A DNA stretch of 64,000 bases from an uncultured Chlamydiales bacterium (GCA_963700985.1 OY969554.1:544001-608000), one strand, 5' to 3'; positions 49,335 to 59,834 are shown, counted from the first letter of the stretch. Numbers and translations: made by a program. The notes: generated by a model from the letters alone, not told the origin.

Positions 49335-51536
49335 ATGAAAAAGAAAAAAAGCCCACCGGCTAAAAAACCTGAAAAAAAAGAAGAAAAACTCGCTCTCAAT
49401 CTGAAAAAAACCTTATTGCAGTTCATGGAGGGTAAACGTTACGACCCCATGAACACAACCGAGCTTTTTGAAAGACTTAACCTGCCCACATCCCTCCATG
49501 CGATTTGCCATCAGATCATCGAGCAGTTGATTGAAGAAGGAAAGATCGAAGTCCATCAGAAAAAACTCGCGCTTAAAAAAACAGGCGTCGACGTCGTTAC
49601 TGGCATGCTAAAAGTACACCCCAGAGGCTTTGGGTTCCTTATTCCCGATCGCGTATCAGAGTGCCCTCACGATATCTTCATTCCTAAGCACCTCACCGAC
49701 AATGCAGTTGATGGCGATCACGTCGAAGTAGAGATCAACCCCAACTCCAATTGGGAAAAAGGGCCAGATGGCCGCGTTCTGGCCATTTTAAAAAGAGGAC
49801 GCACCCATTTAGGCGGTACGATCCGCGAGATCGATCATCATGGAAAGATTTTCGCTTACGCTCCCCTTTTAGGCACCTCCAAAGAAGTTCTCGTGCGTGC
49901 ACTTGCTGGCTCTCCTTTAAAAGTTGGCGATCGCATCATCATGAAAGTCGACGAGTGGGGTGATGAACATACTCCTACACTGTGTGAAATGTCACACTAT
50001 CTCGGTCACATCTCCGACCCGATGTGCGATATACCAGCTGCCATTGAAGAGTTTGATCTGAATGACAGCTTTGCAAGCCCCGCTGTTGAAGAAGCCAAGA
50101 GCTTTGGCAAACAAGTCTCAGCAAGCGATTTAAAAGGCCGTGAAGATCTCACTAACCTCGTCACTTTTACCATCGATCCAGAAACAGCGCGAGATTTTGA
50201 TGACGCACTCTCACTCACTTTGGATAAAAAAGGCATCTACCACCTAGGCGTCCACATTGCCGACGTAGCTCACTATGTCCAGCCTATGTCTGCGCTCGAT
50301 ATGGAAGCCAAGCAGCGCTGCAATTCCACCTACTTTCCGGGCTTTTGTTTGCCTATGCTGCCCGAGGAGCTCTCGAACAACCTTTGCAGTCTCCGCGCAA
50401 ATGTCACACGTCTCACAGCTTCGGTGCTGATGGATTTTGATCAGCATGGCACACTGCTTAATTATAAAATCCTACGCGCTTACATCCACAGCGATCAGCG
50501 TTTCTCCTATGAAGAAGCAAAAGAAGTGCTCGACGGCAAGCTGAAAAGTAAGCATGAAGGGACATTAAAGCTCATGGTAGATCTCTGCCACCTGCTGAAA
50601 AAGAAGCGTTATGAACGCGGCAGCATCGATTTTTCGCTGCCAGATTATGTGCTTGAGATCGATAAAAAAGGTGAACCGCAAGGCATGAAAAAAGTGGAGT
50701 ATGACATTACCCACCAGCTCGTCGAAGAGTTTATGCTCAAAGCAAACGAAGTAGTTGCTACCCACCTTTCAAAGAATAACAAACCCGTTCTTTATCGCAT
50801 TCACGAAGTGCCTTCAGAAGAGAATATGCAAGACTTTTTTGCTCTAGCACGCTCTTTAGGCTTTTCCTTGCCACCAAAACCCGAGACCAAAGATATCCAG
50901 ACGCTCTTTGAGCAGGTCAAAAAAACCACCTACTCCCAACAACTATCTGTGGCCTTTATCCGCAGCATGAAGCTGGCCTACTACTCTCCTGAAAACATCG
51001 GGCACTATGGACTTGCGTTGGAATATTACTGCCACTTTACAAGCCCAATCCGCCGCTATACCGACCTTGTTACCCAACGCGTTCTATTTGGGGAAGAAGC
51101 AGCCGAAGTCAATATGGATAAGATCGCTCTGAAATGTTCAGATCAAGAGCGCGTCTCTTTTCGCGCGGAATCTTCAGTTAAAACCCTGAAAAAGCTGCGT
51201 CTTTTACAACGTTATCAAAAAGAAGACCCACAAAGAGCTTACAACGCACTGATCACCAGACTTAAACCCTTTGGGTTCTTTTTTGAAATGACCGACCTTA
51301 TGCTTGAAGGATTCCTACATATCTCAGATCTTGAAGATGATTTCTTCCTCTTCGACGCCAAGACAAATATCCTCACAGGCAAATTGAGCGGGAAAAAACA
51401 CTTTTCAGGCGAAGCTATTCAAGTGCGCGTGGCCTCGATCAATCTCATCACACTTGAGATCAATTGGGAGCTCGTCTCAACTAGCAAGCGCCGCCCGCGT
51501 AGCTCAAGCCGCGGCTCAAAGTCTAAGAAGCACTAG
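49335..51536 (+). CDS. rnr: Ribonuclease R
   Basis: GFGF cold-shock domain, TIDPETARDFDDA, HIADV, HFTSPIRRYTDL, S1 domain, basic tail. Confidence 0.96.
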   Translation: MKKKKSPPAKKPEKKEEKLALNLKKTLLQFMEGKRYDPMNTTELFERLNLPTSLHAICHQIIEQLIEEGKIEVHQKKLALKKTGVDVVTGMLKVHPRGFGFLIPDRVSECPHDIFIPKHLTDNAVDGDHVEVEINPNSNWEKGPDGRVLAILKRGRTHLGGTIREIDHHGKIFAYAPLLGTSKEVLVRALAGSPLKVGDRIIMKVDEWGDEHTPTLCEMSHYLGHISDPMCDIPAAIEEFDLNDSFASPAVEEAKSFGKQVSASDLKGREDLTNLVTFTIDPETARDFDDALSLTLDKKGIYHLGVHIADVAHYVQPMSALDMEAKQRCNSTYFPGFCLPMLPEELSNNLCSLRANVTRLTASVLMDFDQHGTLLNYKILRAYIHSDQRFSYEEAKEVLDGKLKSKHEGTLKLMVDLCHLLKKKRYERGSIDFSLPDYVLEIDKKGEPQGMKKVEYDITHQLVEEFMLKANEVVATHLSKNNKPVLYRIHEVPSEENMQDFFALARSLGFSLPPKPETKDIQTLFEQVKKTTYSQQLSVAFIRSMKLAYYSPENIGHYGLALEYYCHFTSPIRRYTDLVTQRVLFGEEAAEVNMDKIALKCSDQERVSFRAESSVKTLKKLRLLQRYQKEDPQRAYNALITRLKPFGFFFEMTDLMLEGFLHISDLEDDFFLFDAKTNILTGKLSGKKHFSGEAIQVRVASINLITLEINWELVSTSKRRPRSSSRGSKSKKH

Positions 51537-51542
51537 ATCCGC

Positions 51543-52130
51543 ATGACCGTCCTACCTTCTTCTTTCTATATCAGAGATGATGTCGTGCAGATCGCCCGTG
51601 ATCTTTTGGGCAAATGGCTATTTACTCAGCTAGATGGCCAACCGATTACTGGCGGAATAATTGTTGAAACAGAAGCCTACGCTGGAGAAAAAGATCGCGC
51701 CAGCCATGCCTACAACATGCGTCGCACTAAGCGCACCGAGGTCATGTTCCATGAAGGCGGAATTTCCTATGTTTATCTCTGTTATGGCATGCACTATCTT
51801 CTCAATATCGTCACAAATAAAAAGGAAACCCCACACGCAGTGCTTATTCGAGCTATTCTCCCTTCTGTTGGAGTTGAAACGATGCTGCAAAGACGCAGAA
51901 AAACCCGCCTTGACAATCGACTCACATCTGGTCCTGGCAGCACGGCACAAGCTCTCGGCATTACGCACAAACACAATGGCCTATCTCTAGCTTCTTCCCA
52001 GCTCTGGATTGAAGATCGCGAGATTATCCTTAGCGGTCAGGAAATCCTTGCCGGACCACGCATCGGCATCGAATATGCGCAAGAAGATGCGCTGCTTCCT
52101 TGGCGATTCTTATTGAAAAGAGACCAGTGA
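51543..52130 (+). CDS. mpg: 3-methyladenine DNA glycosylase (AAG/MPG family)
   Basis: IVETEAY, YVYLCYGMH, AVLIRA, GPG, RIGI, PWRF. Confidence 0.93.
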   Translation: MTVLPSSFYIRDDVVQIARDLLGKWLFTQLDGQPITGGIIVETEAYAGEKDRASHAYNMRRTKRTEVMFHEGGISYVYLCYGMHYLLNIVTNKKETPHAVLIRAILPSVGVETMLQRRRKTRLDNRLTSGPGSTAQALGITHKHNGLSLASSQLWIEDREIILSGQEILAGPRIGIEYAQEDALLPWRFLLKRDQ

Positions 52131-52152
52131 AAAAGCTACATTCGCACTAATT

Positions 52153-52836
52153 ATGTTTAAGAAATACTTTGTCACCGGTCTGGTGATTCTACTTCCTCTA
52201 GCCGTGACCATTGCGATCATTGGCTGGGTAATTAATCTGCTGACAAGACCTTTTGTCTCGCTCCTGTCAGAATTTTTTGTGCATCTAAATATCTTCAGCA
52301 ATGGCTTTCTTTTCCTCACGCAAGAACAGATCATTCGATGTGTCAGTCAGCTGCTTATTTTGACGCTACTTCTCTTCTTTACACTTGCACTTGGAATGAT
52401 CACGCGTTGGTTCTTTTTTACAAGCCTGATCAAATTCAGCGACAGAATTCTACATCGCATTCCCATTGTCAACACAGTGTATAAAACCACTCAAGACATC
52501 ATCAGAACACTCTTTGTCTCGAATAAGAAGACCTTTCAACAGGTCGTGATGGTGGCTTTCCCGCATCCCGGAGTGTTTGTGTTAGGCCTAGTGGCACGCG
52601 AAGCACCAGCCGCCTGCTCTAAAAAACTAGAACATGAGTTGATCTCCGTGTTCATTCCTACCACTCCAAATCCCACAAGCGGATTCTTGCTCTTATATAA
52701 AAAGGAAGATCTGATCTACGTAGATATGCCAACCGAGGATGCGCTTAAATTCATCATTTCCTGTGGCGTCATCGTTCCCCAAGATCGGAATGCCGATCAA
52801 AATGCAAATCCAGATGCTCAACCCCAACCAGACTAA
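52153..52836 (+). CDS. DUF502 membrane protein (copy 1)
   Basis: KYFVTGL..LLP..T, RIPIV..VY, VFIPTTPNPTSGF, FIISCG. Confidence 0.9.
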   Translation: MFKKYFVTGLVILLPLAVTIAIIGWVINLLTRPFVSLLSEFFVHLNIFSNGFLFLTQEQIIRCVSQLLILTLLLFFTLALGMITRWFFFTSLIKFSDRILHRIPIVNTVYKTTQDIIRTLFVSNKKTFQQVVMVAFPHPGVFVLGLVAREAPAACSKKLEHELISVFIPTTPNPTSGFLLLYKKEDLIYVDMPTEDALKFIISCGVIVPQDRNADQNANPDAQPQPD

Positions 52837-53492
52837 TGCTTAAAAAATATCTTATAGCTGGAATCATCACACTCTTACCCATCACTCTCACCATCATGAT
52901 TGTCGTCTGGCTCTTTAACCTATTTACAACCCCCTTCTTGGGAATCACTGAGAGCTTTGTACTCACATTTAGACAAGAGACCGGCTTCGATCTAAATCAC
53001 CATCACGGCCTGGTTGTTTTTATCAGCAGAGTCTTAGCACTTATTTTTATTTTTCTTCTTACGCTTATTCTAGGTTTTTTTGGACGTAGACTTTTCTTTA
53101 AAACTTTTCTTAACTCAACAAACTATATCTTCTTGCGCCTTCCATTTATTAAAGCTGTCTATCGCATCTCTAAAGAGGTTACGGGAGCAATCTTTACCCA
53201 AAACACCAAGACCTTTCAAAAAACTGTTATCATCCCCTTTCCCCATGCAGAAGCTTATAGCTTGGGTTTTTTTACCGGCCAGGCGCCGCCTGCATGCATG
53301 AAAGCCATCCCTGGCATCGAACAGTCCGTATTTGTCCCCACTTCTCCGCACCCGCTGTCCGGTTATATGCTGCTCTCTCCTAAAAAAAACATTGTAGATG
53401 TGGATATTAGTGTCGAAGATGCGTTTAAATTTCTCCTCTCATGCGGTGCTGTTCATCCAGGAGAAAAAATCGAAGAGACTAAAAACCCTTGA
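52836..53492 (+). CDS. DUF502 membrane protein (copy 2)
   Basis: KYLIAG..LLP, LPFIK.VY, VFVPTSPHPLSGY, FLLSCG; start overlaps copy 1 stop (TAATG). Confidence 0.88.
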   Translation: MLKKYLIAGIITLLPITLTIMIVVWLFNLFTTPFLGITESFVLTFRQETGFDLNHHHGLVVFISRVLALIFIFLLTLILGFFGRRLFFKTFLNSTNYIFLRLPFIKAVYRISKEVTGAIFTQNTKTFQKTVIIPFPHAEAYSLGFFTGQAPPACMKAIPGIEQSVFVPTSPHPLSGYMLLSPKKNIVDVDISVEDAFKFLLSCGAVHPGEKIEETKNP

Positions 53493-53547
53493 TCGTTTAA
53501 AAGCACACTCCTTATAATAAAAACCCTTTAGCAATTAGGAGTTCTTC

Positions 53548-53721
53548 ATGGTACGCATTAGTAAAGTAGGCGAAATTCGCAGCAAATGCCCTAAAAGGCG
53601 CAAGGCCCCCTCACCAAAAACGGGCCCGCTGAAAGATAACCTTCCAAAAGGATTCAAGCCGCATGCTAACGCCGCATCCGGCGATGCAGCAAAAACCTTT
53701 TTTATTCCAAAAATTAAATAA
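53548..53721 (+). CDS. 57-aa small basic protein (position equivalent to chlamydial CT421.1)
   Basis: AGGAG RBS; MVRISKVGEIRSKCPKRRKAPSPKTGPLKDNLPKGFKPHANAASGDAAKTFFIPKIK; missed by ORF track. Confidence 0.7.
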   Translation: MVRISKVGEIRSKCPKRRKAPSPKTGPLKDNLPKGFKPHANAASGDAAKTFFIPKIK

Positions 53722-53738
53722 TAAGGACTCCACTTACT

Positions 53739-53900
53739 ATGTCTAGACACCGCAGCTTTGGAAAAGCTAATACAGGCGCCAAAAAACGTAACGTACTAAA
53801 GCGCTTCGAACGAGTCGACGTATTGAAAAAACTCGGCCGCTGGAAAGAAGGCGAAAACAAAAGAGTGACTGGCTTACCTAAGACGCCAATCCTTCCTTAA
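53739..53900 (+). CDS. PVC superphylum signature small basic protein (CT421.2-like)
   Basis: MSRHRSFGKANTGAKKRNVLKRFERVDVLKKLGRWKEGENKRVTGLPKTPILP; RNVLKR.ER and GLPK motifs; missed by ORF track. Confidence 0.92.
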   Translation: MSRHRSFGKANTGAKKRNVLKRFERVDVLKKLGRWKEGENKRVTGLPKTPILP

Positions 53901-53906
53901 GCTCAT

Positions 53907-54374
53907 TTGATCGCCCTTATTCGCAACACTCAACGCACGCTTCCTATTTCTCAGAAATCTGCAAAAGCGTGCGTGCTTTCTCTCTTGAAATTTCTAGATG
54001 TCACCTGCGACGAAATCGCCATTCACTTTGTAAGCAAACGTCAGATTGCCAAGCTCCACGCGATCTATTTTCAGGACCCGACCCCAACTGATACGATCTC
54101 TTTTCCACTCGACAACGAAATATTCCATCCTCACTTAGGGCATCACTTAGGCGAAGTCTTTGTCTGCCCTGCCGTGGCACAGGAGTACGCGAAAGAAAGA
54201 GAGTTAAACTCTTATCTAGAGGCTACGCTCTATTTGGTTCATGGAATTTTGCACCTAATTGGCTATGACGATCTTACCCCTAAGGACAAGCGAAAAATGC
54301 GTCAAAAAGAAAAAGCCTGCATGAAACATCTACAAAAAGAACAAGTAGTCTTGAAAAAACCGCGAAAAAAATAG
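53907..54374 (+). CDS. ybeY: rRNA maturation endoribonuclease YbeY
   Basis: PTDTISF, LGEVFVC, HGILHLIGYDD. Confidence 0.92.
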   Translation: MIALIRNTQRTLPISQKSAKACVLSLLKFLDVTCDEIAIHFVSKRQIAKLHAIYFQDPTPTDTISFPLDNEIFHPHLGHHLGEVFVCPAVAQEYAKERELNSYLEATLYLVHGILHLIGYDDLTPKDKRKMRQKEKACMKHLQKEQVVLKKPRKK

Positions 54375-54388
54375 TATAATGCGCGGTC

Positions 54389-55720
54389 ATGGATAATCCC
54401 TTCTTTTTTCTCATTTTTCTCTTTGGAGCAAATCTTCTGGCAGGCGCAAGCACTGCTCTACACAGGCTTGGGCGCAGCTATGTTGAAAAACTCCTAAAAG
54501 AAAAACCTTCGCTAAGATTCATTCGCGGCTACTTTAGATTCTTTTTCAGAGAAAAAACTTGGGAAGGGCTCTTCTTCTCCATCAGCTTTACAAAGCAAGT
54601 TCTCTATCTCTGCTATGCGCTCTCATTCTTTTTCTTTTTACTGCACCATGAACCATTTAGCGATGCAATAGGAGCAGCAGGTAAAGGTTGGGATTTGTTA
54701 TGGATCCTAGCCATGACCGGTATTATTATCGGCACCTCTCTGCTCACCAACTTCCTGATCAGCCTGATCAGTCTTGCTACTCCTAAAAACTTTCTTGTTT
54801 TTGTCACACCAATTGTCACTCTACTACTCTTTCTCCTCTCTCCAATTACAGCTCCGCTTTTTAAAATTCTGGGCATCTTTCTCCCCAAGGCTCCGACACT
54901 TAAAAAGCTTGAGCCAGGCACTGATATGCGCGAGAAGATTTTAGAGGTCCTCCACGACTCAGATCTCGCTGCCTACTTCGATCAGAGCGACCAGAAGCTC
55001 CTCTCATCGGTCGTCTCATTTAAAGAACGTATCGCCCGAGAAGTAATGGTGCCGCGCATCGACATCTTCAGCCTTCCAATTGAAACTACCCTGCAAGAAG
55101 CTACTGAAAGCTTTTTAGCCCAAGGCTACAGCCGTATCCCCGTCTACCGCGAAAGCGTCGATAATATCGTTGGAGTCGTGCTCTTCAAGGACATGCTCAA
55201 ACACTATTTCCATGCTTCAAACGACAAAGAGCGCGAAAAAAAACTTAAGGGCAGCCTTGAAAGCTTTTTAAAGCCCGTGCTCTATACTCCCGAGACAAAA
55301 AAAATCTCGCAGCTCTTCCAGGAGTTCCGTAGCAAGCAGCTCCACCTGGCTATTGTAGTAGATGAATGGGGCGGCACCGAAGGCATCATTACTATTGAAG
55401 ATATCCTTGAAGAACTCGTGGGAGAGATCGCCGATGAGTATGACATCGATGAAGAGGTCATGTTCTCTGTCTTGCCCGGTGGCGGCTGGATTGTAGATGG
55501 CAAAATGAGCATTCTCGATATCGAAGAGGAGCTAGGCATAAAAATCCCTCAAAACCCCGAGTATGACACCATTGGCGGCTTTATCATCCACCGGGCAGGC
55601 ACGATCCCTTCAAAAGGCTGGCGCATTCACCACGACGAGTTTGACCTGGAAGTGCTCTCCTCGGATGAGCGTAGCGTGGACAAAATCCGCATCACCTCCC
55701 TGAACAAAGAAGCCCTCTAA
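54389..55720 (+). CDS. Hemolysin/CNNM family protein (TM + CBS pair + CorC domain)
   Basis: REVMVPR, YSRIPVY, VVDEWGGTEG, TIEDILEELVGEIADEYD, DTIGG. Confidence 0.92.
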   Translation: MDNPFFFLIFLFGANLLAGASTALHRLGRSYVEKLLKEKPSLRFIRGYFRFFFREKTWEGLFFSISFTKQVLYLCYALSFFFFLLHHEPFSDAIGAAGKGWDLLWILAMTGIIIGTSLLTNFLISLISLATPKNFLVFVTPIVTLLLFLLSPITAPLFKILGIFLPKAPTLKKLEPGTDMREKILEVLHDSDLAAYFDQSDQKLLSSVVSFKERIAREVMVPRIDIFSLPIETTLQEATESFLAQGYSRIPVYRESVDNIVGVVLFKDMLKHYFHASNDKEREKKLKGSLESFLKPVLYTPETKKISQLFQEFRSKQLHLAIVVDEWGGTEGIITIEDILEELVGEIADEYDIDEEVMFSVLPGGGWIVDGKMSILDIEEELGIKIPQNPEYDTIGGFIIHRAGTIPSKGWRIHHDEFDLEVLSSDERSVDKIRITSLNKEAL

Positions 55721-55746
55721 AACACAACAAAATCTTTCCTAATCTT

Positions 55747-55792
55747 ATCCTGCATATCCTGAAACCAAAGGCGATCCTGCAAATCTTGTAAT
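55747..55792. repeat. Right arm only of the CAGGAT/ATCCTG element
   Basis: ATCCTGC-AT-ATCCTG..GCG-ATCCTGC-AA-ATCTTGTAAT. Confidence 0.65.
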
Positions 55793-55877
55793 AGACTTCT
55801 TTCGAGACCCCATTTGCAGGCTTGCAAAAGAATCTCTTGTTAGGCACAATCTTCCTCTAATCTAACTGGTAAATATC

Positions 55878-57791
55878 ATGCGACGCTCTATATGTTTATG
55901 CGAACCTGGTGCAGCTCTTGCTGGAGTTACTGGCACCTGGAAATTCTCTTATACAACGGCAGCTCCTCTTCCTAAGGGCTCAAAACTCAGATTCGACCTT
56001 CTAACTAAGGGCCGGCCTATCGACTGGGAAGTTCCGCAAACAGATGCCAAAGTTAAAAAGAACCTCATTTGGGCTGAAATGCCAGGTGGAAAAACTCTGC
56101 CTGCAAAACAGGTTGAACAACCCCAAGCATTCGCACCCGTCTTCGACTTCACTCTGCCTGCCGAAATCAAAGCTGGTGAGACATTTTCTATCTACATCGG
56201 CTCGCCAGATAAACAAAAGCCTGAAAAAGGCAACCGCAGCCAGAGCCATGTGCAAAGAAGACGCCCCTTCCATCTCTTTATCGACCCAAAAGGTAAAGGC
56301 GATTTCCGTGAACCAGAAATCTTCGGCCTAGATGTTCGTGGCAACAAGTTAAAAAACATACGCATCATTGCGCCTTCGATTGTTTCAAAAAATCGAAGAT
56401 TTGACGTGATCGTACGTTTTGAAGATGAATTTGGTAACCTTACAAACAATGCGCCAGAAGGCACACTCATTGAACTTTCATATGAGCAATTAAGAGAAAA
56501 CCTCACCTGGAAACTCTTTGTTCCAGAAACAGGCTTCCTCAACTTGCCTAACCTCTATTTCAATGAGCCCGGCGCTTATAAGATTCAACTGTTGAACACG
56601 CTCACAAAAGAGAAGTTCTACTCTGCACCGATCAAATGTTTTGCTGAAAGCGACCGCAATCTCTATTGGGGCCTGCTACACGGAGAGTCTGAACGTGTAG
56701 ACTCCAGCGAAAACATCGAAGCCTGCTTGCGCCATTTCCGCGATGAACGCGCCCTCCAATTCTTTGCTACCTCACCCTTTGAGAACACTGAAGAGACTTC
56801 AAATGATGTCTGGAAAGCGATCTCTTTGCAAATTGCAGAATTCAATGAAGACACACGCTTCACAGCCTTTTTAGGTTTTCAGTGGTTCAATCAAGCGCCC
56901 GAAGAGGGACTGCGCCACATGATCTATTCTAAAGATAGCCGTCCGCTTCTGCGCAAAAAAGATGCCAAGTCTAATACTTTGAAAAAGATCTACAAAGGGC
57001 ATACCCCTAAAGAATTGCTTTCTATCCCCTCTTTCACGATGGGAAAAGGCATGGAGACAACCTTTGAAGATTTCACACCAGAGTTCGAGCGCGTCGTAGA
57101 GATTTACAACGCTTGGGGCTCATCGGAATGTTTAGCCAAAGAAGGCAATTTAAGGCCCATCGTTAGCAACGGTAAAAAGGGTGTAGCCGAGTCTGAAAAG
57201 GGCTCGATCCGCAAAGCTTTAGCACGCAATATTCGCTTTGGATTTGTTGCCGGAGGCCACGATGACCGTGGAGTTTACGCTAACTTCTTTGAAAACGATC
57301 AAGAACAGTATAGCCCGGGCTTAACTGCCATCTACGCGATTGAACAGACACGCGAAGCACTCTTTCATGCTTTGCATAACCGCGCTTGTTACGCCACCAC
57401 AGGTGAGCGTATGGTCGTGGGTTTCTTCATTGCCGGAGCTGCTATGGGCTCAGAACTTTCGACAAAAGCCAAACCAGGCCTTGTCTACAACCGCCACCTC
57501 ACAGGTTATATTGCTGGTACAGCCCCTCTCAAAGAGGTGTCTATTATCCGCAACGGAGAGGTTTTCCATACTTTCCGTCCAAAAGGTGAAAGTACGCTCG
57601 ATTTTGAACATGATGACACTGAAATCTTAGGAAATGCAGTTCTCCCCTCACCTGATGAGAGACCTCCCTTTGCCTACTATTACGTGCGTGTGGTTCAAGA
57701 AGATGGACACATTGCCTGGAGCTCACCTATCTGGATCGATTATCCAGAGATGACTTCAGCCGCGGTTGCTAAGAAGAGCAAAAAGCGTTAA
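55878..57791 (+). CDS. DUF3604 domain (PHP-like) conserved chlamydial protein (CT425-like)
   Basis: MRRSICLCEP N-terminus, WGLLHGES, VEIYNAWG, YATTG, YYYVRV.Q.DG..AWSSPIW; synteny. Confidence 0.8.
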   Translation: MRRSICLCEPGAALAGVTGTWKFSYTTAAPLPKGSKLRFDLLTKGRPIDWEVPQTDAKVKKNLIWAEMPGGKTLPAKQVEQPQAFAPVFDFTLPAEIKAGETFSIYIGSPDKQKPEKGNRSQSHVQRRRPFHLFIDPKGKGDFREPEIFGLDVRGNKLKNIRIIAPSIVSKNRRFDVIVRFEDEFGNLTNNAPEGTLIELSYEQLRENLTWKLFVPETGFLNLPNLYFNEPGAYKIQLLNTLTKEKFYSAPIKCFAESDRNLYWGLLHGESERVDSSENIEACLRHFRDERALQFFATSPFENTEETSNDVWKAISLQIAEFNEDTRFTAFLGFQWFNQAPEEGLRHMIYSKDSRPLLRKKDAKSNTLKKIYKGHTPKELLSIPSFTMGKGMETTFEDFTPEFERVVEIYNAWGSSECLAKEGNLRPIVSNGKKGVAESEKGSIRKALARNIRFGFVAGGHDDRGVYANFFENDQEQYSPGLTAIYAIEQTREALFHALHNRACYATTGERMVVGFFIAGAAMGSELSTKAKPGLVYNRHLTGYIAGTAPLKEVSIIRNGEVFHTFRPKGESTLDFEHDDTEILGNAVLPSPDERPPFAYYYVRVVQEDGHIAWSSPIWIDYPEMTSAAVAKKSKKR

Positions 57792-57806
57792 GAAGCATTA
57801 AATTCA

Positions 57807-57837
57807 AAATGAGTAGGATTTTTCATCCTACTCATTT
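57807..57837. terminator. Bidirectional intrinsic terminator
   Basis: AAATGAGTAGGAT / ATCCTACTCATTT 13-bp stem between convergent genes. Confidence 0.75.
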
Positions 57838-57861
57838 CACCTTAATTTCTTGTTAGATTTT

Positions 57862-58935
57862 CTATACTCGAGGAAGAATGTCGCAAGCTTGTCTGGCATG
57901 CGAATCGCAAATGATATCTTCTATAGAATCTTTGTATGCTTGATCTTTTGTCAATTGTGATTCAGCAAGCCGCGCATTATGAAGGCGGAGCTGGGCCAGC
58001 CTCATAACGACTTCAAAATAGCGCCTGTCCATTTCGTTTTCTACACCCCTTTTAACACCGACGGATAGAGCTCTAAACACCAACTTCAGCTCGTGAACAG
58101 CTTTGGCTCTAGATCCATCCTTGCCATCCTTATCAATTATTTTTTCTTGTGCAATACGACGAAAGCGCGGAATAAGTATGGCATCAGCAGCCTTAGGCGA
58201 AAGCGCGACTGCAGGTGGAGGTATAGCTGAAGCTACAACTGGCGCTGCTTGTACAGCTTCAACTGGTGCTTGTACAGGTGCCGGTACCACGGGCGGAATG
58301 ACTGGCGCGGCTAACCTCGTTACCCACTGATTAAGCGCACGTAAAATGGTAGGATGCGCCGCATTTTTGATCATCACCTGAAGCTTTTCCTCATCAGTTT
58401 GAGGTCTATCTTTAATTTGTAAACCACAGAACGCATCACGGGCTTCACGCCAGGCTCGCGGCTCCAATGCACGTAGCTCCATCTCCCACTCCGCACGATA
58501 CTTTATCCATTCTGGGCTCTGATTAAATAGGAGCTGATTGCCAGTAGGATCAAGGCCTAGCATATTTTCCAGATAATTTACTCGGCTCCATTTGGCATGA
58601 AAGTCTTTGACTTGCTGAACCTGTGCAGGCGTCGGGGGTTGAGGGGGCACATACCGAGGTGGTGGAGCTCTTCGGAATGTAAAGCATGCAGCAATCGATT
58701 TAAACAGCGAGGCGATCTGATTCCAGCAACTAGCTAGCGCTCCCCAGATCAGGTCACCAAAAAGCCGTAATGAGGCCAAGCAGCCGCAATAGCTCTCATT
58801 ACCCGCTTCGGCAGAAGAACAAGACGAGCTAAAATATAGACATACTGAACCGCCTGCAGTTGGAGGAAGAGGAGTTTGTTCTGGCTTAGCTTCTCCGCCA
58901 ACTACTGGAGCTACAATGGGGGGTATTGCCGTCAT
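57862..58935 (-). CDS. Cys-rich/KW-module family protein 1 (one module, Pro/Ala linker, unique C-terminal domain)
   Basis: FGDLIWGALASCWNQI; DFHAKW...EWEMELRAL. Confidence 0.8.
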   Translation of the reverse strand: MTAIPPIVAPVVGGEAKPEQTPLPPTAGGSVCLYFSSSCSSAEAGNESYCGCLASLRLFGDLIWGALASCWNQIASLFKSIAACFTFRRAPPPRYVPPQPPTPAQVQQVKDFHAKWSRVNYLENMLGLDPTGNQLLFNQSPEWIKYRAEWEMELRALEPRAWREARDAFCGLQIKDRPQTDEEKLQVMIKNAAHPTILRALNQWVTRLAAPVIPPVVPAPVQAPVEAVQAAPVVASAIPPPAVALSPKAADAILIPRFRRIAQEKIIDKDGKDGSRAKAVHELKLVFRALSVGVKRGVENEMDRRYFEVVMRLAQLRLHNARLAESQLTKDQAYKDSIEDIICDSHARQACDILPRV

Positions 58936-58997
58936 TATTTACCTTTGAAATTGACATCAATAATTAATAAAAAAATATGCACAACAATTTAACAAAT

Positions 58998-59792
58998 TTA
59001 TAATCCGCGCTCATTCTTCCAAGCTTTGAGAGCATCTTCAATGTAGCTATACTGAAAGCTAATTAGTAGCTGATCAATAATACGCTGGCGTTTTTCTGCA
59101 ACTTCTTCAGCTACTGCTGGCCCATCGTATCTTCTCTCGTAGTACTTTATGATGTAATTACCAACATCGTCCACTTCGAGAAGTGCCTGTACATTCTGTT
59201 GCCAAACATTCTCAGTAGCTTGGTTAACAACAAAGGCACCAGGCTCTCTCGTTGCTAGGAAAGCATTCACTTGAGCAAGGTGCTGCGGTGCCAATAAATC
59301 GCGTATTACTTCTAAGACATCCCAATTTAGCGAACGTTCCAGAGACGCGCGAGCTGTCTCCTCAGGATCATTCGTGTTTTCGAAACGAACAAGAAGGTCA
59401 GCTTTTAGTTTATCCCGATCTAGCTGGGGCAGCGCATTCAAATCTTGATTCCACTCTACTTGCATAGCTACGGTATCTTCTTCAACTTGCTTCCATTTAG
59501 TGTAAAAGGTGCGCAAAGGGTTCAGATCATAAGAAGAGCTGCAGCTGCAGCAGCAGAAAACGTTCATAAAAAAGTGTGTAATCGCAGACCAGCAGCTAGA
59601 TAAAACATGCCAAACAACCTCTCTAATGCAGTTCAGTGAAGCCCAGGATGACGCATCCGCTTCATTATCTAAAATGCGTGAGGCAAAAACACGAGAAAGA
59701 CAAGAGTTGCTAGCTGGCAGACCCTCAGTCGCCTGTTGAGTAGCGATATAGGGAGGAATCCTTTGGTTTACACCATTTTGTACTGCAGCCAT
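58998..59792 (-). CDS. Cys-rich/KW-module family protein 2 (two modules)
   Basis: VLSSCWSAITHFFMNVFCCCSC; TFYTKW...EWNQDLNAL; AFLA...WQQNVQAL. Confidence 0.8.
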   Translation of the reverse strand: MAAVQNGVNQRIPPYIATQQATEGLPASNSCLSRVFASRILDNEADASSWASLNCIREVVWHVLSSCWSAITHFFMNVFCCCSCSSSYDLNPLRTFYTKWKQVEEDTVAMQVEWNQDLNALPQLDRDKLKADLLVRFENTNDPEETARASLERSLNWDVLEVIRDLLAPQHLAQVNAFLATREPGAFVVNQATENVWQQNVQALLEVDDVGNYIIKYYERRYDGPAVAEEVAEKRQRIIDQLLISFQYSYIEDALKAWKNERGL

Positions 59793-59834
59793 AGTTTGCT
59801 ACCTATTTTAATGAATTTTGTTAAAAACACATTA

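Noticed and set aside
53535-53750. 71-aa minus-strand ORF
   Set aside because: Antisense to two plus-strand small genes with good RBSs and conserved synteny
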